Source: Candidatus Bathyarchaeia archaeon
GTDB lineage: Archaea; Thermoproteota; Bathyarchaeia; Bathyarchaeales; Bathycorpusculaceae
DNA length: 64,000 bases
Direction: 5' to 3'
Assembly (NCBI GenBank): GCA_049512075.1
Contig: JBEKXL010000004.1
Span: forward strand, 32,001 to 96,000
This document shows, one piece after another, positions 58,844-64,000 of the stretch. Position 1 is the first letter of the stretch. Every line of letters begins with the position of its first letter. A program made the position numbers and the translations under genes. The notes beneath the pieces were generated by a model. That model did not search any database, was not told where the DNA came from, and saw only the letters and a program-made list of their open reading frames with translations.

Positions 58844-59635
58844 CTATTTGGTTCTCGGTATGTAGATTCCGTTGGGGTCTATCGCTCTCAGAAGCGCCAG
58901 TTCCTCACAGGTGGGCAGTTCGGTTGTCGGCACGTCTCTCGGTACTACCAGGTCAAACTCTGTGTTTTCTAGCACTTGTTGAACTGAAACGCGGGGATGA
59001 ACCGTGGTCAGTCTGATGTGTTTTGTTCTGGGTTCAAAGTCCATTTGGCAAAGGTTGGTTACTACAAGTGTTGGACCGCCGCCGAGCAACCCCGCTTTTT
59101 GCCTGGCTTCAGGTCCGTCCAAGAACCCGGGGCTTGTCAGGTAGTCGAGCTTTTTGACCATTTTCCTTTTCTCATGAGTCATTATAACCACCGTGCGTCG
59201 GGCTGATGACATTATGTCGTTTCCTCCTCCGCTTCCAGGCAGTCTCACGGTTGGTTTTTCGAAGCTTCCAATGTAGGTCGTGTTCAGGTTTCCGTACATA
59301 TCGATTTGCGCCGCTCCGACAAAGCCTACATCCACGTGTCCACCTTGAAGCATGAGCCCTAGGGTTTCGATTAGACCGATGGCCGCGGAAGCGCGGTGGC
59401 CCAGCCTAGAGTCAGCTATTGACAGGGCGACGTCTCTGGCGTTTGAATCTATGAAACCTGCTTCAAAAACGATTTTTGCTCCCGGCGCATGCGTTCTCTT
59501 GGCCAGCAAGGCTGCAATCATGGGCAAGCCTGTGCCGACGAAGACAACCTCGCAGTTCTTTATCGCTCTTGACCCGCACACGGCCATGAGCTCAAGTGTG
59601 GAAAATTCGTCGATGTCTGCAAGTTTGTTAGTCAT
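58844..59635 (-). CDS. Family I CoA-transferase beta subunit (glutaconate CoA-transferase-like)
   Basis: VFVGTGLP, FEAG, AQID.YGNLN, GSGGGND. Confidence 0.88.
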   Translation of the reverse strand: MTNKLADIDEFSTLELMAVCGSRAIKNCEVVFVGTGLPMIAALLAKRTHAPGAKIVFEAGFIDSNARDVALSIADSRLGHRASAAIGLIETLGLMLQGGHVDVGFVGAAQIDMYGNLNTTYIGSFEKPTVRLPGSGGGNDIMSSARRTVVIMTHEKRKMVKKLDYLTSPGFLDGPEARQKAGLLGGGPTLVVTNLCQMDFEPRTKHIRLTTVHPRVSVQQVLENTEFDLVVPRDVPTTELPTCEELALLRAIDPNGIYIPRTK

Positions 59636-59650
59636 TTTCGTTCTTTCCCC

Positions 59651-60646
59651 TCAGTAGGCAAACGGTTTCTTGGCTCTGAACTTCATGAGTCGTTCGATGC
59701 CTATTTTGGTAAGGAACTCTATATGGTCCTTCGGGCCCGTTATGTATTCGTTGCAGTATTTTTGCCACCCTTCCTCGGTTTTGCACTGGTCATAGTACAT
59801 GCGTACGTGTTCAATGTCGTAATCGTAATAGTTGTAAACCATCATCGGAAACGAACCCCATGGACACTCAACGACATGGGTCACATAAATGTTGGGTATC
59901 ACTGTTTGGTCTGGCTGAGACCTAATGAACTCCGTGTCAACAATTTCTTCAGCCAAAACTATTACTTTCTTGCCGGCCCTGGCGCCTTCCACATCCTCGC
60001 CTTTGATGCCGTCAATCTGAACGTTTCCCTCTCTGTCCACCCGTGAGGCATGCACGATGCTGAAGTCTGGGCGGACAGATGGAACGAGTACTACCCTTTC
60101 TCCGCTGAATGGGCAGTCCATGACCTCTGCCTTCTTAGTTCTGAACCTCTTTTTTGCAAGAACATCTGTGCCGAGCATGCTTTTCAAGGGCATGAATGGC
60201 ACACCGAGCGCGCCACCCATGAATCGCAAGGCCATAGCCAGGTTTGAATAGTCCTCGATCTCTATTGCCCCTTCACGGATTCTGCGTTGAATATTGGGTA
60301 CCAACCCTATGCCTTCAATTGCAAAAAACGCCAGTTCAAGGCGCGACACAACCTTTGCCCCGCACAGGATATCCATGTCCATTTCCGAACCGCATGTGTA
60401 AATGGTCAAACCACGCTTGTTCTGCCTTACAAGCTCATGTGCGAAAGCCATGGGGGGACGTTGAAAACCAAAGCCTCCCCAGAAAAGATGTGCCCCATCT
60501 GGAACGAGCTTCACAGCTTCCTTAAGCGTTATTCTCTTGTCTTCTACGGGCGCCTCAACCAAACTCTTCACCAGCAATCTAGCAATGCATAGATGCGCAT
60601 CCCCCACATAGATTTTTCGACTTAAACGCTGCAAAACTCCGTGCAT
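59651..60646 (-). CDS. Family I CoA-transferase alpha subunit (glutaconate CoA-transferase-like)
   Basis: GALGVPFMP..SMLGTD, CPFSGE, D..GN; true start probably ~30 codons in. Confidence 0.88.
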   Translation of the reverse strand: MHGVLQRLSRKIYVGDAHLCIARLLVKSLVEAPVEDKRITLKEAVKLVPDGAHLFWGGFGFQRPPMAFAHELVRQNKRGLTIYTCGSEMDMDILCGAKVVSRLELAFFAIEGIGLVPNIQRRIREGAIEIEDYSNLAMALRFMGGALGVPFMPLKSMLGTDVLAKKRFRTKKAEVMDCPFSGERVVLVPSVRPDFSIVHASRVDREGNVQIDGIKGEDVEGARAGKKVIVLAEEIVDTEFIRSQPDQTVIPNIYVTHVVECPWGSFPMMVYNYYDYDIEHVRMYYDQCKTEEGWQKYCNEYITGPKDHIEFLTKIGIERLMKFRAKKPFAY

Positions 60647-60770
60647 GTGAAGTTCTTTGGAAGAGAGAGTTCTCCATGGCGTTCATGAAGCATATTCAGA
60701 GATACGTTTCAATGTGTTCTCTGCGCCCTTCTCAGCAGCCTTTTTGGTTATCCGAGTAAGCGCGCTATTT

Positions 60771-61835
60771 TCATTCTAGGCTTAGTTGCTTTTTTGCTGT
60801 CGAAAGTTCTGTAGGCGTTAGTTCTCTTGGGAAGTTGTAGATTGGGCCGCTGGGTTTCTCGTTGTAGAACGGACGATTACAGTCGGGGCATCCAGAAGTG
60901 AGAAAAGGCTCACCTTTTCGGATAATCACTGTCAGTCTCTTCTTGCTAATTCTGAAATCGGTGACAAGGCCATTCTCATCAAAACTCATGTCCTCGTACC
61001 GCACGATTCTGTGCAAGATCAGGTGCCTTGCAGTTTGAATTCGCCTGTATTTCGCAATTTGCGGCTGTGCTTGGTTTCTCAAGGCTGTTCCCGGTATCGG
61101 TGTGAAAGCAAACAGCGCTGGGAATATAGCCATGTCCACACATTTCTGAATTGTTCTAACCATTTCTTCGTCGGTCTCGCCCAATCCGACAATCAAATGC
61201 GTGCTGACCCTGCCTTCTCCGAAAACTTCCTTCGCCTGATTCAGAAGTTGCCACTGCTTTTTCCAGCTGTAAGGGCCTGCCGCACCGACTCCCTTCGTCC
61301 TGTCAAAAGCCTCTCTTGTGGCTCCATCCAAGGGTATCCCAATCCTTTCGGCACCTGCATTTGCCAATTGACGTATGTTTTCGATGTTGAGAGGCTGGCA
61401 CGAGACTGAAATCGGCACTTTCGCAGAATGACTCACTGCTCGTACTATAACGTGCAACTCGGTAAAGACTTGTGGATAGTTTAGAGCTTGGATGCAAACA
61501 CGTTTGATCTTGCTATTCCCCGCGGCATCGACGATTCCTTTGAGCACTTCTTGGGTTCGATAAGCTGGCCACGAAACTCTGGAAAGCATGTCTGCTCGTG
61601 TGTTGCTTCCACGGGCCTGCGGGCAGAACCCACAGTTTGCAGTGCACTTTTTTTGGCGGTACGTCATCAGGTAGGCTGTTGTCGGCGCGGCATCCAGCTT
61701 TGCGTCTGCCAATCCCAAGACAACAGCAGAACCGAGAGAAACACGAATCTGTTCAGGCAAGTTTTCACACAAGCTGATGACCCCCATCACACGTCTCCCC
61801 GCAGACACTGAACCCTGAGTATCGCTCTTACGCAA
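60771..61835 (-). CDS. lipS2: Radical SAM protein, LipS2-type lipoyl synthase subunit
   Basis: CTANCGFC plus C-terminal TSGCPDCNRP signature. Confidence 0.8.
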   Translation of the reverse strand: MRKSDTQGSVSAGRRVMGVISLCENLPEQIRVSLGSAVVLGLADAKLDAAPTTAYLMTYRQKKCTANCGFCPQARGSNTRADMLSRVSWPAYRTQEVLKGIVDAAGNSKIKRVCIQALNYPQVFTELHVIVRAVSHSAKVPISVSCQPLNIENIRQLANAGAERIGIPLDGATREAFDRTKGVGAAGPYSWKKQWQLLNQAKEVFGEGRVSTHLIVGLGETDEEMVRTIQKCVDMAIFPALFAFTPIPGTALRNQAQPQIAKYRRIQTARHLILHRIVRYEDMSFDENGLVTDFRISKKRLTVIIRKGEPFLTSGCPDCNRPFYNEKPSGPIYNFPRELTPTELSTAKKQLSLE

Positions 61836-61953
61836 TGCGTGAAGTGTTGCACCACGTTAAAAAGCTTGTCACATCAAACAGAAATCTGAACTACACTTAA
61901 ATAAGCCGAGGCCTCCGAGCTAGGTGTAATCCTTCGAAGGAGTTCAGCGCAAA

Positions 61954-62430
61954 ATGTCCGTGAAAGAGATGACTTGCGAAGAAATTGATCAGTTTCTCAC
62001 GTGCACAAGAATAGGCCGACTCGGCATGGTTCTTGAAGACGGCCCATACGTAGTTCCGGTAGGATTTGCCTACGCTGAGGGGAAGGTGTTCTTTCACACA
62101 TGCTGCAAGGGCTTGAAGATGGAAAGCCTCAGGAAGAATACTAATGTCTGCTTCGAAGTGGACGAGGCTCTCTCGGATGCAACAATGTCCAAGAGCGTAA
62201 TAATCTTCGGTACAGCGGAAATCATCGAGGACGAACAGAGAATGATACCATACCTACAGAAGCTCATCGACAAATACAGGGTTCCACTCAACTTCGACGA
62301 GTACATGCGCAAACCGGGAAGAAACCGAGAAAGTGAGCTCAAGGCCGCAAGGATTTGCCTCATCACACCCACGAAGATCACAGGCAGAAAACTACTTCCC
62401 ACAGAAGGACTTCATCCCACTTCGACATGA
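61954..62430 (+). CDS. Pyridoxamine 5'-phosphate oxidase-like FMN-binding protein
   Basis: GRLG....PYVVP, FHT...GLK, VCFEVD, SVIIFG, ITGRK. Confidence 0.85.
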   Translation: MSVKEMTCEEIDQFLTCTRIGRLGMVLEDGPYVVPVGFAYAEGKVFFHTCCKGLKMESLRKNTNVCFEVDEALSDATMSKSVIIFGTAEIIEDEQRMIPYLQKLIDKYRVPLNFDEYMRKPGRNRESELKAARICLITPTKITGRKLLPTEGLHPTST

Positions 62431-62601
62431 CCCAACCTTTCGTATTGGTCCAACAATATGCAAGCAATTTCTAGGCGATTCACAGGGGTCTCGATCCCAC
62501 TTAACTCGGAAAACAAGGTCACCTGCGTACGTGTTCTCGACTAAGGATTCAGAATTCACAAACAATTTATCCGTAGCAAGACAAAGCCACACGCAAGGTG
62601 C

Positions 62602-62958
62602 ATGTACATGCGCAGGTCAAAGCTTGAAACATATGAGGCAATACTGGGAGCCCTGGCAAAGAAACCAATGAAAATCGACAGGCTCGCATACAAGGTTGGC
62701 CTGGACTGCACTGGTCTAAGGAGAAACCTGGATTTTCTGATTGAAAACGGACTGGTTGAAGAAATATTCCTCCCAAAAGGAACATCCTACGCCGCAACAG
62801 AGAGAGGAATATCCGTTTTCAAGACTCTTGACTTCCAGAAATACTTCAAGAAGATACAAGACACTCTCATAGCTATAGACAAAGCCATGAGAATAGTGCC
62901 GGAAGTGTCAAAGCGTACGGAAAAGTCAGAAAAAGAACTGTCTGACGAAAAGTATTAA
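62602..62958 (+). CDS. Archaeal winged-helix regulator (HTH_45-like)
   Basis: RRSKLETYEAIL, LAYKVGL, LDFLIENGLVEE, YAATERG. Confidence 0.8.
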   Translation: MYMRRSKLETYEAILGALAKKPMKIDRLAYKVGLDCTGLRRNLDFLIENGLVEEIFLPKGTSYAATERGISVFKTLDFQKYFKKIQDTLIAIDKAMRIVPEVSKRTEKSEKELSDEKY

Positions 62959-62989
62959 ACAGTTGACCGTGCCTTCCTGACGGAGAACG

Positions 62990-63979
62990 ATGAAGCAGAT
63001 TTCCCCCGAAGCCATCTGGAACATGAATGAGAAGGAACTTTCAGCCTTTCTTGAGAAGAACCTACTGCGTTCCAGAACAAAGGAAATCCGCTTCTACGCC
63101 CCGAGTTTCATGTACTACAAGACGAGTTATTATCGCTCTTCACCGACAATTTTTCCAACAATCTCAGTAACTGGTAAGAGCTGTGCGCTCAACTGTAAAC
63201 ACTGCGGCGGCCTGGTTCTGGAAACGATGCACCCAGTTAAGTCATCTGAAGAATTGTTTGAACTGTGCGTCCAGCTGAAGAAAAAAGGCGCCCTAGGATG
63301 CTTGATAAGCGGTGGATGCCTGCCCAACGGGTCAGTGCCAGTTGGAAAATTCATCGACAGCATAGCCAGAGTCAAACGGGAGCTAGGCTTGACAATTCTG
63401 GTGCACACAGGCATAATCGACGAGACTACTGCCAAGGCGCTGGCGGAGGCCAAGGTGGATTCAGCCCTGGTAGACATTATCGGTTCCAACGACACCATCA
63501 AGGAAATATGCAAGCTGAACGTCACAGTCGACGATTATTCTCGTTCATTGAAAGCCCTGCAGGAATCGGGCCTCTCATTTGTTCCGCACGTCATCGTCGG
63601 GCTTCATTATGGAAGACTCGAAGGCGAATTGCAGGCTCTGCAGATGATACGAAATTACAGGCCTTCAGCCTTAGTCGTGATCGCGTTCATGCCCATACGT
63701 AAAACAGAAATGGAAAAAATCGACCCACCAAAACCTGCGGAGATAGCCAAGGTGATAGCAGCTACGAGACTGATATTTCCTGAGACTCCGTTGGTTCTAG
63801 GTTGTATGCGTCCTAAGGGCAGGCATAGGGTCGAAACGGACACCATGGCTATTAAGGCAGGCGTCGATGCCATAGCCTTTCCATCAGAGGAGGCAGTCAG
63901 GTTCGCTGAACAACATGGGAGGACAGTGGCCTTCTCATCTCTTTGCTGCTCACAGATATACGTGGACTTAACAAGCTGA
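62990..63979 (+). CDS. lipS1: Radical SAM protein, LipS1-type lipoyl synthase subunit
   Basis: CALNCKHC plus GCMR and C-terminal CC signatures. Confidence 0.8.
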   Translation: MKQISPEAIWNMNEKELSAFLEKNLLRSRTKEIRFYAPSFMYYKTSYYRSSPTIFPTISVTGKSCALNCKHCGGLVLETMHPVKSSEELFELCVQLKKKGALGCLISGGCLPNGSVPVGKFIDSIARVKRELGLTILVHTGIIDETTAKALAEAKVDSALVDIIGSNDTIKEICKLNVTVDDYSRSLKALQESGLSFVPHVIVGLHYGRLEGELQALQMIRNYRPSALVVIAFMPIRKTEMEKIDPPKPAEIAKVIAATRLIFPETPLVLGCMRPKGRHRVETDTMAIKAGVDAIAFPSEEAVRFAEQHGRTVAFSSLCCSQIYVDLTS

Positions 63980-64000
63980 TCTACTTCTGAATGGCCACGA

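Noticed and set aside
421-63873. Numerous antisense or alternate-frame ORFs in the track
   Set aside because: Shadows of well-supported genes, with no motifs of their own.

Overview
Archaeal chromosomal window. Gene content (GatD/GatE, Elp3, uS7/uS12, Rio2, form III RuBisCO, IorAB, LipS1/LipS2, short XPF) is most consistent with Bathyarchaeia, which is an inference. It is mostly housekeeping, repair and amino-acid/acyl-CoA metabolism genes. Four things stand out. (1) A ~10.9 kb tyrosine-integrase element (33672-44621) is inserted into the 3' end of cysS. It has a 9-bp duplicated core, a palindromic reconstructed attP and the displaced original cysS tail still visible at the far end, and it carries a primase-helicase, RHH/wHTH regulators and a P-loop ATPase. 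(2) A NurA-HerA pair without mre11/rad50 is flanked by four small proteins of similar beta-hairpin/helix + winged-helix architecture. (3) A patchy accessory region (~9950-15450) holds gene fragments and small regulators. (4) An alternating-GC palindromic motif (consensus ~TAGCGCGCGCTA) recurs almost only outside conserved genes and repeatedly sits at apparent gene truncation, deletion or duplication junctions, suggesting an undescribed junction-forming or recombination process. Several single-base frameshifts may be assembly errors. No tRNA, rRNA or CRISPR array was seen. All family assignments are from motif recognition by eye; no searches were run.
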